A DNA stretch of 64,000 nt from Anaeramoeba ignava BMAN (GCA_028826165.1 JAPDFW010000114.1:1-64000); one strand, 5' to 3'. Positions 25,812 to 39,350 are shown, counted from the stretch's first letter. Notes: generated from the sequence alone by a model not told the origin. Numbers and translations are program-made.

Positions 25812-28800
25812 TTATTTCTTGATAATTTCAAGAAACCATTTCCCATTTTCTTGAATATCTCCTTCATTTGGGAAATTGATCATTGCTTTTTCAATTAAAT
25901 CTTCCAATTGCAATTCTTTAAGAAGAGGAATATTCGCTATTATTTGTTTTAAATTGGAAAACGAATTATGAAAAAAATGATAGTTCCTTTTTCTTTATCA
26001 TAAAAAAAAGAAAACAAAATTAAAGCTTACTTTGATTTGAAATTAGATTTAAAAAGCAAAAACAACACTCTTGTTGGATTTCTTTTTTATCTGGAAAATT
26101 TATCATTGCTTTTTTTATTAATTTAATTCCTTTTAATTCTCTTATTGTTTTTTGATTTTCTTTCAATAATCCAAAAAAGAAAAAAGAAAAATTCAACATT
26201 TTTCAAAAAGAAAAAAAAATTTTTTTTTCCTGTCAAAATTTACCATGATCAAGTGAAAGATTATCTAAAGCCCAACAACTAATCTTCTGAAAACTTTCAT
26301 CGTTTTCGAAAGTCTTCATAGATTGAATAATTGATTTTAATCCATCATATTCTTTAATTTCGATGAGATTTTCTATTTATGTTTTTGAAATGAATAATTT
26401 TTAATTGATTTTAATGAGAAAAGCAAAAAGAAATAAATAAAAATACCTTTTTTCATTGAAAATTTATTTAATATCCAAGTTCCTTGTTTTTGAATTTGGT
26501 AAACATTCGGAAATTTATTCATCCTATCAATAATTAATGGAATTCCTCCTAAATTTCGAATTTCAGCTTGATTTTCAAAACTTTCTTTTTTTTTTGGATT
26601 TGAAAAAATATCTTCAACATTAATTATCACAAATTCGATTTATTTATTTTATTAAATACCACAAATATTATTCAAAGTCCAACATCCGTACATTTGTATT
26701 TGTTCATCAGAAGGAAATTTTTTCATTGCATTTATAATTGGTTTAATTCCTTTCAAATCTCTTATATTATCCTTATTTTCTTTTTTAAATTGAATTTTGA
26801 ATTTTGAATTTTGAATATTGAATTTTGAATATTGAATTGAAATACCCCATTTAACTACAAGATTATTTAAAGCTGAGCATCCATAAACTTGAATATTCTT
26901 AATATCTGGAAAATTATTCATTGCATTGATTATAACTTCCATTCCATGAAAATTTCCAATATCATTTTGATTCGCTAAATTAATGAAATATGAAATATTG
27001 ATTTTGATTTTGATTTTGATTTTGAATTTTGATTTTACTTTCAATCAATCCAAGATTGCTTAGAAGAGCACACCCTTTTTCTTGTAATTCAGGATTTAAT
27101 GAGAATTTTCTCATAGATTTAATTATCTCTTCTGTTCCTTTTAAAAATGAAATTTCAAGTTTACTTTCCACATTTTCTAAAATTTGTTTTGGTTTTTGAT
27201 TTGGTTTTGATTGATTAAAAAAATTTTTCATTTCATTTTCCTAAATCTTATTTTTTACGAGATAAAACCCCCAATATCCATAATCCAAATAATTGAATAA
27301 CTTCATTATCTGAGAATTTTGTAAGTGATTTGATTATTGTTTCAATCCCATTTAGTTTTGAAATTTCATTCTGATTTTCTGTTATTTTTGTTTTTTTTTT
27401 TAAAATGATTTAAAAAAGAAAGAAAATAATCAATAAAAATGATTTACTTTCAGATCCAGAACACAAATTGATCAAAGCACGAAAACTTTTTTCTTGAATA
27501 TTTGGATTATCCTGAAAATTATTCATTGCATTGATGATCATTTCTATTCCTTTGAATTCACTAATTTGATTTTTATTTTCTAAAAAGGGATGTGGTTAAT
27601 TTTTGATTTCTATTTTGATTTTGATAAAATTTATAAATGAAAAATCACACCTCCCTCAATTGCTATATTAATAAAACTCCAAATTGCATTTAATTGAATT
27701 ATTTCATTTTTTGGGAAATTTTTGGTTGCATTTATTATAATCTCAATTCCATTTGATTTTGCAATTTGTATTCCTTTTTTTTTTCTATATTCAAATTCAC
27801 TTCCTTTTTGTTTTTGTTTTTGTTTTTGTTTTTGTTTTTGTTTTTGTTTTTGTTTTTGTTTTTGTTTTTGTTTTTGTTTTTGTTTTTGTTTTTGTTTTTG
27901 TTTTTGTTTTTGAAATAGAATAAAAAATTATCGATGAATTAGTGAAAAATTACTTTTATTTGAACCTGCAAATATTCTTAAATAAAAAGTTCCATTTTCT
28001 TGAATATCTTCCTCATTTGGGAATTGATACATCCATTTTTTCACTTGTTCAAGTTCTTCATTATTGTTTTGAAAATTCTCTAAATATTTTACAATTTATT
28101 TTTCATTGTTTTTTCATTTTTCAAAATAATTAAATAATTACTTTGGGAATCTGTTTCCATTTTTTGGTGAAAATTGAGAAAAAAGTGTTTTGCTTGTTTT
28201 TTGTCTGGTTTGATATTAATATTTTCTTGGTGGATTTGTCTAATTTGCGATTGAATAAAATTTTCTCTTTTTTGGAAATATTTTTCCTTTTCATTAATTA
28301 ATTTATTAAGTTCCTTCACTTTAAAATTGAATATCTGAACAAGAATCCCTAAAGGTAAGAAGGGATTTTCTTGAATATTTTCAAATTGGGATTTTGAAAT
28401 TTGTTTTGATTGCTGAATTTGCTCTAAAACATCCAATAAAACTTGTTTGGCAAAATTTCTTTCTGAATTTTGTTCATTTTGATTTTGATTTTGATTTTGA
28501 TTTTGATTTTGATTTGATTTCCCCCAATTTTCTATTATTTTCAAGATTATTTGTATTTTATCAGTTTCATTTCTTGATTCAATCATTGAAACCATTTGGA
28601 TAATCTCTTCTTCATTTAATTTTCCAAATTCATTTTGTTGAAGTAATTTTTCAATATTTTGAATAATAATATTTTCACAAACAAAAGAAATGAAATTGGA
28701 ATCTAAAGATTTGCTTAATAAATAATATTTAATCACATTTTCTTCATCAATAATTTCTTCAATCTCTTTCTCGATTCGGATTTGTAAAGTTTTCAATCCA

Positions 28801-29165
28801 ATTTTATCAACAAATTTCCAAAGAATATCAAATGGAATATTTGCTTTTTCAAATTCAATTATTCCAGTATATAAAAAATTTATAATAAAATTGACTAATT
28901 CAAATTCAAATTCAGGAAAATCAATTTGCTTTTTTTCAGAAATATTTGTTTTTTTCCAAAAAAGAAAAGGTGCTCTTAATCGTAAAACAAATTCATGACA
29001 ATCAATTTGTGTTTTGTTTTTTCCACACAAAATTTTGAAATCTGGTTTTGTTTTCTGTGATTGAGTAATGAATTCTTGATAAATGGAAAATTCTTTAACA
29101 AGTAAATCATTTAATTTTTGTTTTGATAAATCATATAAACTTTTTATTTCAAAATGTTTATTCAT
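25812..29165 (-). CDS. BTB-BACK-like + armadillo-repeat protein, 11 exons, one ARM repeat per exon
   Basis: Exons 29165-27954, 27784-27651, 27579-27448, 27378-27259, 27176-27039, 26974-26846, 26779-26660, 26584-26447, 26372-26244, 26159-26031 and 25936-25812. Repeats follow ENQxxIxxxxGIxxIIxAMxxFPxxxxIQxxGCxxLxNL. BTB motif IDCHEFVLRLRAPF. Probable 1-nt homopolymer errors near 28095 and 27780. Confidence 0.82.
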
Positions 29166-29238
29166 TTGAAAAAAAAAAAAATGAAAAAAAATGAAAAAAA
29201 AATTCCAAAAATTATTTTTCATTTTTTTCTCTTTAAAA

Positions 29239-31102
29239 ATGAATGATTGTTTATTTTTTGGTTCAAATGAAAATCCAATTCTTATCAAAAATAAACCAAA
29301 AATAACAAAAGCCAATTCAATTTAAATTTGAAAATGAAAATGAAAATGAAAATGAAAATGAAAAACAAATTAAACAAATTTCATCAGCAGGTTTCTCAGC
29401 AATTTTCCTTTTTGAAAATGGAAAAGCAATAAAATATTTAAATAAAAAATATTCAAATTCAAAAAAAAAACCTACAAAAATACAAATTGAAAAAATCCAA
29501 ATTGAAAATATTCAAAAAGTAACTGTTGGTGATGAAAATGAAGCTATTTTAACAATAGAAGGAAATGTATTTGCAAAAGGAGAAGAAATTAATTCAGAAA
29601 ATCCAAATGAATTTATCAATATTTCATCATTAATTGAAGATACAAATGATAGAGTAATTGAAGATATTGTTTCTGGAGCTAGTTCAATTTACTTATTAAC
29701 TTCAAATCAAAATGCTTATGGAATTGGTTCAAATTCTAATGGTCAATTTGGTGTTGATCCTGAAACACTTTTCAAAACAGAAAAACCAATTTTAATGATG
29801 AAAAATGTTTCTAAAATATTTTCAGGAAATTCTTCAAAAAGCGCTTTTCTTTTGAATACAAATCAAGAATTATTTGGATGCGGATATAATGGATCTGTCC
29901 AACTTGGATTAGGAAAATCAGTTGGTTCAAAAATCCAAAAATTAACCAAAATCCAAAATATTCCAAAAGGTAAAATAATTGATATTCAATGCGGAATTGC
30001 ACATTCAATAATGTTGATTGAAAATCAAAATGAAAATCCAAAAAGAAAACTTTATTCATGTGGAAATTATCAATATAATTGACTTGGCAAAGAAGATGAA
30101 ATAAATACAAAAATATTTACTGAAATCAAATTATCTTTATTCGAAAATGATAATATTCTTGATATTTCTGTTGGAAATGAGCATACCTTGATTTTAACTT
30201 CTAATGAAAATTTAATAGGATTTGGTGCGAATTTATATGGTGAATTAGGAACTGGAGATACAAAAAGTCAATTAATTCCGATTCAAATTAAACTTCCTAA
30301 ATTAAGATTTAATGAAGATATTTCCAATTACCATATTTCTTGTGGATTTCATAAATCATTTCTTTATTATTCTCCTTCTCTTTCTTCTTTTTCCAATCTT
30401 GAAGAAGATTTGATAAAATTATTTAGAAGAAAAGAATTTTGTGATATTTCATTTAAAACCAAAAATGGAGAAATAATTGAATCTCATAAATTAATATTGA
30501 AATATAGATTAAAAGATCAAAATGAACTTGAAAAACTTCAAGAAATTATTTCAAAAAAATCAATTAAAGAGTCAAATCAAATATTTGAAATGATTTATTC
30601 AAACAGAATAATAAATCCAAAATTATATTCTGAAATCAAAGAAATTATAAATTCAAATGAAAAAATTGAAGAAACAATGAAAAGAATTTATTTAAATGAA
30701 AATGAAAATGAAAAAGATTTTATATTTGAAAGAAAAGAAAAACAATATAAATTTCCTAAATTAATATTAATAATGAGAAGTGAATTATATCGAGGAATGT
30801 TTTTATCTGTAACAGAAGATACTTCTAATAAAGTTACAGATTATAGTGAATTAAGTAATAAATCATTTCAAATATTTGAATATTGGATTTATTCAAATCA
30901 AATCAAAGATGAAATTCAAATTACACAAGAAATAATTGATGAACTTAAAATTGGAATTGATTATTTTCAATTAAATCAAACAAATCCAAATTTATTTGAT
31001 TTATTAATTAATAAATTTAATAATCAAATACAAGAAAAAGAAAAGAAAGAGAAAGAAATACCAAAAAGAAAACAGAAAAAGGAAAAATGTTTAATTTTTT
31101 AA
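29239..31102 (+). CDS. RCC1-repeat + tandem BTB protein (paralog D) with polybasic-CaaX tail; frameshift near 29310 and in-frame TGA at 30080-30082 (pseudogene or assembly error)
   Basis: Starts MNDCLFFGSNENP like paralog A. TGA replaces the GGA of YNGLG. Ends KRKQKKEKCLIF*. Confidence 0.78.
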
Positions 31103-31470
31103 TTGGAAATCATCAATTTAAATCAAAATTAAAATTAAAATTAAAATTCAAATTAAAATTAAAATTAAAATTAAAATTCAAATTAAAATTCAAATTAAAA
31201 TTCAAATTAAAATTCAAATTAAATTAAAGAAGGAATTCAAATCAAAATTAAAATCAAAATTAAAATCAAAATTCAAATTAAAATTAAAATTCAAATTAAA
31301 ATTCAAATTAAAATTAAAAAAAATTGTTTGGTTTTATATTTGACTACAAATATTTGAGAGAAACCATCAATAAAAATGAGAAAAAGAGTAAAAAAAAACT
31401 TGAAAAGAAAAAAGAAAAAAAAGAAAAAAAAAGAAAGAAAGTGGATTTTCCAAATTTTTGGGAATTTAGC

Positions 31471-33754
31471 TTATAAAATCATACAACGAAATTTTCGATT
31501 GCTTTTGGCATCAACTCTAATCTTTTTTTGGATCACTCTAACAAGTTCGAAAAAACATTCTTGAATATTAACATTTGTTTTTGCAGATGTTTCAAAATAA
31601 GGAGCTGAGAAACTTTCAGCCATTTTATCTCCTTCTTCTTTAGAAACAAGACGTTGATCTGTTAAATCTGCTTTATTTCCAACAAGAACTACTGGTGGAT
31701 TTGGTGTATCTTTTACTTGAGAAATCTAATTTTAATTTTGATTTTGATTTTAATTTTCAAAATGAATTTTAATTTTAATTTTAAATTTAATTTTAATTTT
31801 AATTTTAATTTTAATTTTTATTTTAATTTTGATTTTAATTTTGAATTTTGAATTTTAATTTTAATTTTAATTTTGATTTTATAAAAAATTTTAATTTTGA
31901 TTTTAATTTTAATTTTAATTTTGATTTTGATTTTGATTTTGATTTTAATTTTAATTATAATTATAATTTTAATTTTAATTTTGATTTTGATTTTAATTTT
32001 CAAAATGAATTTTAATTTTAATTTTAAATTTAATTTTAATTTTGATTTCAATTTTGATTTTACAAGTTCATGTATTTCTTTCAAAGATTGTAAAGTTAAT
32101 GGAGAAGTAACAGAAAATACAAGAAGAAATCCTTGACCACCTTGAATATATCTTTCTCTCATAGATTTATATTCCTCTTGTCCAGCAGTATCCAAAATAT
32201 CTAACATACAAATTTTTCCATCAATTTCCATTTGTCTTCTATAACTTTCTTCAATTGTTGGATCATAACTTTTGTTTAAAATTATTAAATTAAATTATAA
32301 ATAAAATTATAAATAAAATTATAAATAAAATTATAAATAAAATTATAAATAAAATTATAAATTAAATTATAAATTAAATTATAAAATAAATTATAAATAA
32401 AATTATAAATAAAATTATAAATAAAATTATAAATAAAATTATAAATAAAATTATAAATAAAATTATAAAAAAAATAAAATTATAAATAAAATTATAAATA
32501 AAAATTATAAAAATTAAATTATAAATAAAATTTATAAATTAAAATTATAAATAAAATTATAAATAAAATTATAAATAAAAATAAAATCAAAAATTATAAA
32601 TAAAATTATAAATAAAATTATAAATAAAATTATAAATAAAATTATAAATAAAATTATAAATAAAATTATAAATAAAATTATAAATAAAATTATAAATAAA
32701 ATTATAAATAAAATTATAAATAAAATTATAAATTAAAAATTATAAATAAAATTATTAATTAAATTATAAATTAAATTATTAAAAAATTATAAATTAAATT
32801 ATAAATTAAATTATAAATTAAAATTATAAATTAAATTATAAATTAAATTATAAATTAAATTATAAATTAAATTATAAATTAAATTATAAATTAAATTATA
32901 AATTAAATTATAAATTAAATTATAAATTAAATTATAAATTAAATTAAGGATAAAAATGTTTGCTTCATTTTTCAGATTTGGCATCATTTCTCAATTCACA
33001 AAGATAAATGAACGCAAATTTGGGTTAGCTTCTAAGATTGCTCGGAAGTGCTTCACTCCTCTAAAAAAACAACAAAAATTCTCTTTTTAAATAATTTTTA
33101 GTTGTTTTTCAATAAAAATAAACAAAAAAGAAATTTTTATTATTTTTAAATCTAAAAATTATAAATCAATCACTGGAAAAAAAATTTATACGTTTTGAAC
33201 CTTTAAATTAAATTATAAATTAAATTATAAATAAAATTATAAATAAAAATAATTAAAATTATAATTAAAATTATAAATAAAATTATAAATAAAATTATAA
33301 TTAAAATTATAAATAAAATTATAAATAAAATTATAAATAAAATAATTAAATTATAAATAAAATTATAAATAAAATAATTAAAATTATAAATAAAATTATA
33401 AATAAAATTATAAATAAAATTATAAATAAAATTATAAATAAAATTATAAATAAAATTATAAATAAAATTATAAATAAAATTATAAATTAATTTCTAAATT
33501 AATTTCTAAATTAAAAAGGGAATTTTTTAATAAAAGTAAATTAAAAGTTGTTAATTGGATTGATCGATATTTTTTAATCAAAAAAATTTTTTTTAAATGG
33601 AATTCTTAGTTGGATTTTAATTTAAATTATAAAATAAAGAAAGGGGATTTTTTTCTTACTGTGCAAGAAATTGATTATTAAGAAATTGATTTGTTATTGC
33701 ACTTTTTCCAACTCCTCCATCACCAAGAAGTGTTATTTTATAAAGATTTGGCAT
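31471..33754 (-). CDS. RAS: Ras-family small GTPase, 3 exons, CaaX (CMIL)
   Basis: Exons 33754-33660, 32268-32064 and 31725-31471: [39 protein letters not shown]. Confidence 0.93.
32280..33490. repeat. Intronic 11-12-bp satellite (AAATTATAAATA) in Ras intron 1, interrupted by a unique island at about 32948-33203
   Basis: Read directly. Confidence 0.9.
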
Positions 33755-34024
33755 TTATTCACAAAGAAAATAAAAAAGAAAAAATTTTTCAAAAGTGAAA
33801 TAAAAAATAAAAAATGAAAAAGAAAAATTAAGAAAATAAAATAAAAAGAGAAATAAAATCAAAATTATTCTTTTTATTATTATTTTTTTTCTCCTTTTTA
33901 TTTTTTTCTCCTTTTTTAATTTAAATTAAATAAAAAAATTTTTTTTTTCTTTTTTTTTTTTTAATTAAAAATTTTTTTTTTTTTTCATTTTTTTTCTTTC
34001 AACCTTAAAAAAAAAATTGATTAA

Positions 34025-34848
34025 ATGCCAAATTCAAAAGGATATAGAAAAGGAACAAGAAGTAAATTTTCAAGAGCATTTCGTGAACACGGACCACTTG
34101 GATTATCAACATATTTAAGAACATTTAGAATGGGAGATTATGTTGATATTAAAGTTAACAGTTCAATTCACAAAGGAATGCCTCATCATTTTTATCATGG
34201 ACGTACAGGAAAAGTGTTTGATGTTACACCAAGAGCTCTTGGCGTTATTGTTAATAAAAGAGTTAGAAACAGAATTATTCCAAAAAGAATTCATGTTAGA
34301 ATTGAACATGTTCAAAAATCTAAATGTAGAGATGATTTCCTTGAAAGACTTCATAAAACTAGTTTCTTGAAAAATCAAGCACATAAACTTAAAGTAGAAC
34401 TTAAAGAAGCTGAAGAGAATAAGAATAATGAAAAAATTGAAGAAATCAAAAAACAACAAGAAGAAATGAAAAAAAGTATACAAATAAAAAAATAAAATAA
34501 AAATATAAAATATAAAAAATATAAAATAAAAAAATATATAAAATATAAAATATATAATATTTTCCATTAACATGAAATTTACAAATAAAATATAAAATAT
34601 TTTCAATTAACATGAAATTTACAAAAAATATATAAAATATTTCCAATTAACATGAAATTTATAAAAAATATATCCCAAAAAATTTATAAATCATTTTGAA
34701 TTAAATTTAAATTTTTCAATTTATAGGTTTCCGTGCTTTAAAAAGATTACCTCAACAACCAAAATCAGGATTCCTTGTTGAAGTTGATAAGACTGCTGAA
34801 ACTCCTATTCAAACTCTCAAACCTTTGAAATTTATTCCACATTTCTAA
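34025..34848 (+). CDS. RPL21: 60S ribosomal protein L21 (eL21), 2 exons, 190 aa
   Basis: Exons 34025-34475 and 34727-34848: KGYRKGTR...[14 protein letters not shown]...[10 protein letters not shown]...LKRLPQQPK. Confidence 0.96.
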
Positions 34849-35159
34849 ACATTTTTTTAAAATTACTTTTTTTTTCTTTTCTTTTTGATTCAACTCTCAT
34901 AAAATGCTCTTTTTACAAAGAATTTACTCTTAACATTCATTTCATTTCATTCATTTCATTCATTCATAATTTTTCCGTTTTAGATCAATAAAAAAAAATA
35001 ATAATAATCAATTCAAAATTTATTTTTAAAAAGAAGAATTAAAACTTTTTTTTTATTATTTTTGAAGTAAAAAAGAAAGGTAAAAAGAAAGGAAAAAGGA
35101 AAAAGAAAAAGAAAAAAAAGGAAAAAAACAATTATAAAAATTGTTTTGTTTTGTTTTGT

Positions 35160-35624
35160 TTATTTCATTCTTGAATTTGGTTGAGCTATTTCTTGTAAAT
35201 AAGATAAAATTCTCTCTTTAATCCATTCTTTTCCATGAGGAACATAACCTCCAATTTTTGCAACAAAACTAAATTTTAATTTAATTTTTAATTTTTAATT
35301 TATAATTTATAATTTAAATTATTTCATACACTAAACAAGAAAAATCTGAAAATTTATCAATAAAATTGTGTAAATCAGTAACACCATAACGAATGTTTCC
35401 TCCTGTTCGATTTAAAGATAATTCCTTTTCGTACATTTCACAAATTGCTATTGTTTTTGTTTGTTTTTTTTTTTAAAAAGAAAATGGATATAATTTTTTT
35501 TTTAATTTTTTTTTTGTAAGTTTTGTTTTTTACCGCTCATTGCTCTTGTAACAGATTCAAAATCATAAAAAGTACGTGAACTTTTATTTGTTGGTTGAAT
35601 AAGTATAATTGTATGTCGAGGCAT
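35160..35624 (-). CDS. ERH: Enhancer of rudimentary homolog, 3 exons (not in ORF track)
   Basis: Exons 35624-35534, 35447-35330 and 35268-35160: MPRHTIILIQPTNKSSRTFYDFESV...ICEMYE...DLHNFIDKFSDFSCLVF...YVPHGKEWIKERI. Confidence 0.93.
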
Positions 35625-35669
35625 TCAAGAATAATAAAAAAAAATGAGAAATGAAAAATGAAAAATTTA

Positions 35670-38600
35670 TTTTAAAATCAAAATTAAATTTAAAATCTAA
35701 ATCAAATTTAAAATTAAAATCAAATTCAAAATCAAAATCAAAATCTAAATCAAAATCAAAATCAAAATAAAAATTAAAATCTAAATCAAAATCAAAATTA
35801 AAATCTAAATCAAAATCTAAATCTAAATCAAAATCAAAATCAAAATCTAAATCAAAATCAAAATCAAAATCTAAATCAAAATCTAAATCAAATTTAAAAT
35901 CAAAATCTAAATTAAAATTAAAATCAAAATCTAAATCAAAATCAAAATCTAAATTAAAATCAAAATCTAAATCAAAATCAAAATCAAAATCAAAATCAAA
36001 ATCAAAATCAAAATTAAAATCAAAATCAAAATCAAAATCTAAATCAAAATCAAAATCAAAATCTAAATCAAAATCAAAATCTAAATCAAAATCAAAATCA
36101 AAATCAAAATCAAAAAATCTAAATCAAAATAAAAATCTAAATCAAAATCAAAATCTAAATTAAAATTAAAATCAAAATCAAAATCAAAATCTAAATCAAA
36201 ATCAAAATCAAAATCAAAATCAAAATCAAAATCAAAATCAAAATCTAAATCAAAATTAAAATCTAAATCTAAATCAAAATCAAAATCAAAATCAAAATCA
36301 AAATCAAAATCAAAATCTAAATCAAAATCTAAATCAAAATCTAAATCAAAATCAAAATCAAAATCAAAATTAAAATCAAATTCAAAATCAAAATTAAATT
36401 TAAAATCTAAATCAAATTTAAAATTAAAATCAAATTCAAATTCAAAATCAAAATTAAAATTAAAATTAAAATCAAAATCTAAATCAAAATCAAAATCAAA
36501 ATCAAAATCCAAATCAAAATCCAAATCAAAATCAAAATATAAATCTAAATTAAAATTAAAATCAAAATCAAAATCAAAATCTAAATCAAAATTAAAATTA
36601 AAATCTAAATCAAAATCAAAATCTAAATCTAAATCTAAATCAAAATCTAAATCAAAATCAAAATCAAAATCAAAATTAAAATCAAAATCAAAATCTAATT
36701 CAAAATCAATTTCAAAATCAAAATCAAAATCAAAATCAAAATCAAAATCAAAATCAAAATCAAAATCTAAATCAAAATCTAAATCTAAATCAAAATCTAA
36801 ATCAAAATCAAAATCAAAATCAAAATCAAAATCAAAATCTAAATCAAAATCAAAATCTAAATTAAAATCTAAATCAAAATCTAAATCTAAATCAAAATCA
36901 AAATCTAAATCTAAATCAAAATCTAAATCTAAATCAAAATCTAAATCTAAATCAAAATCAAAATTAATTTTAAAATCAAAATCAAAATCAAAATCAAAAA
37001 TTCAAATCAAAATCAAAATCAAAATCAAAATCAAAATCAAAATCAAAATCAAAATCAAAATCAAAATCAAAATCAAAATCAAAATCTAAATCAAAATCAA
37101 AATCTAAATCTAAATCTAAATCAAAATCTAAATCTAAATCTAAATCTAAATCTAAATCAAAATCAAAATCAAAATCAAAATCAAAATCAAAATCAAAATC
37201 AAAATCAAAATCAAAATCAAAATTAAAATCAAAATCAAAATCAAAATCAAAATCTAAATCTAAAATCAAAATCAAAATCTAAATCTAAATCTAAATCTAA
37301 ATCTAAATCAAAATTAAAATCAAAATCAAAATCAAAATCAAAATTAAAATCAAAATCTAAATCAAAATCAAAATCTAAATCAAAATTAAAATTAAAATCA
37401 AAATCAAAATTAAAATTAAAATCAAAATCAAAATCAAAATCAAAATTAAAATCTAAATCAAAATCTAAATCTAAATCAAAATTAAAATCAAAATCTAAAT
37501 CAAAATTAAAATCAAAAATCTAAATCTAAATCAAAATCAAAATCAAAATCTAAATCAAAATCAAAATCAAAATTTAAATCTAAATCAAAATCTAAATCAA
37601 TTTCAATTTCAAAATCAAAATCAAAATCAAAATCAAAATCAAAATCAAAATTAAAATCAAAATCTAAATTCAATATCAAAATTAAAATCAAAATCAAAAT
37701 TAATTTTAAAATCAAAATCAAAATTAAAATCTAAATCAAAATCTAAATCAAAATAAAAATTAAAATCTAAATCAAAATCAAAATCAAAATCAAAATCAAA
37801 ATCTAAATCAAAATCAAAATCAAAATCAAAATCAAAATCAAAATCAAAATCAAAATCTAAATCAAAATCTAAATCTAAATCAAAATCTAAATCTAAATCT
37901 AAATCTAAATCAAAATCTAAATCTAAATCAAAATCCAAATCAAAATCAAAATTAAAATCAAAATCTAAATCAAAATCAAAATCAAAATCAAAATCAAAAT
38001 CAAAATCAAAATCTAAATCAAAATCTAAATCAAAATCAAAATCTAAATCAAAATCAAAATCTAAATCTAAATCAAAATCAAAATCAAAATCAAAATCAAA
38101 ATCAAAATCAAAATTAAAATCAAAATCAAAATCAAAATCTAAATCAAAATCAAAATCAAAATCAAAATCTAAATCAAAATCAAAATCAAAATCAAAATCT
38201 AAATCTAAATCAAAATTAAAATCAAAATCAAAATCTAAATCAAAATCAAAATTAAAATCAAAATTAAAATCTAAATCAAAATTAAAATCAAAATCAAAAT
38301 CAAAATCAATTTTAAATTTAAAATCTAAATCTAAATCTAAATTAAAAATCAAAATCAAAATCAAAATCTAAATCTAAATCTAAATCAAAATCAAAATCTA
38401 AATCAAAATCTAAATCAAAATCAAAATCAAAATCAAAATCTAAATCAAAATCAAAATCAAAATCAAAATCAAAATCAAAATCAAAATCAAAATCAAAATC
38501 AAAATTAAAATCAAAATCAAAATCAAAATCAAAATCTAAATCAAAATCAAAATCAAAATCAAAATCAAAATCAAAATCTAAATCAAAATCTAAATCAAAA

Positions 38601-39350
38601 TTAAAATCTAAATCAAAATCAAAATCAAAATCAAAATCAAAATCAAAATCAAAATCAAAATCAAAATCAAAATCAAAATCTAAATCAAAATCTAAATCTA
38701 AATCTAAATCAAAATCTAAATCTAAATCAAAATCTAAATCTAAATCAAAATCTAAATCAAAATTAAAATTAAAATTAAAATCAAAATCAAAATCAAAATC
38801 AAAATCAAAATCTAAATCAAAATTAAAATCTAAATCAAAATTAAAATCTAAATCTAAATCAAAATCTAAATCTAAATCTAAATCAAAATCTCAAAATCAA
38901 AATCAAAATTAAAATCAAAATCAAAATCTAAAATCAAAATCAAAATCAAAATCAAAATCAAAATCTAAATCAAAATTAAAATCTAAATTAAAATCAAAAT
39001 CAAAATCAAAATCAAAATCTAAATTAAAATCAAAATTAAAATCAAAATCTAAATCAAAATCTAAATCTAAATCAAAATCAAAATCAAAATCAAAATCTAA
39101 ATCTAAATCTAAAATCAAAATCAAAATCTAAATCAAAATCAAAATCAAAATCTAAATCTAAATCTAAATCTAAATCAAAATTAAAATCAAAATCTAAATC
39201 AAAATCTAAATCTAAATCAAAATCTAAATCAAAATTAAAATTAAAATTAAAATCAAAATCAAAATCAAAATCAAAATTAAATTTAAAATTAAAATCTAAA
39301 TCAAAATCAAAATCAAAATTAAATTTAAAATTAAAATCAAAATTAAAATT
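35670..39350. repeat. 3.7-kb hexamer satellite (AAATCA/AAATCT/AAATTA) between the divergent ERH and WD40-BAR-SH3 genes
   Basis: Read directly; G-free on the plus strand and the source of the DFDF ORFs. Confidence 0.97.

Noticed and set aside
27798-27806. AAAAG|GAA|GTGAAT microexon in BTB-ARM intron 1
   Set aside because: The downstream intron would be only 16 nt.
35670-39350. CRISPR array or telomeric repeat
   Set aside because: No unique spacers; it is a degenerate hexamer satellite lying internally between two genes.
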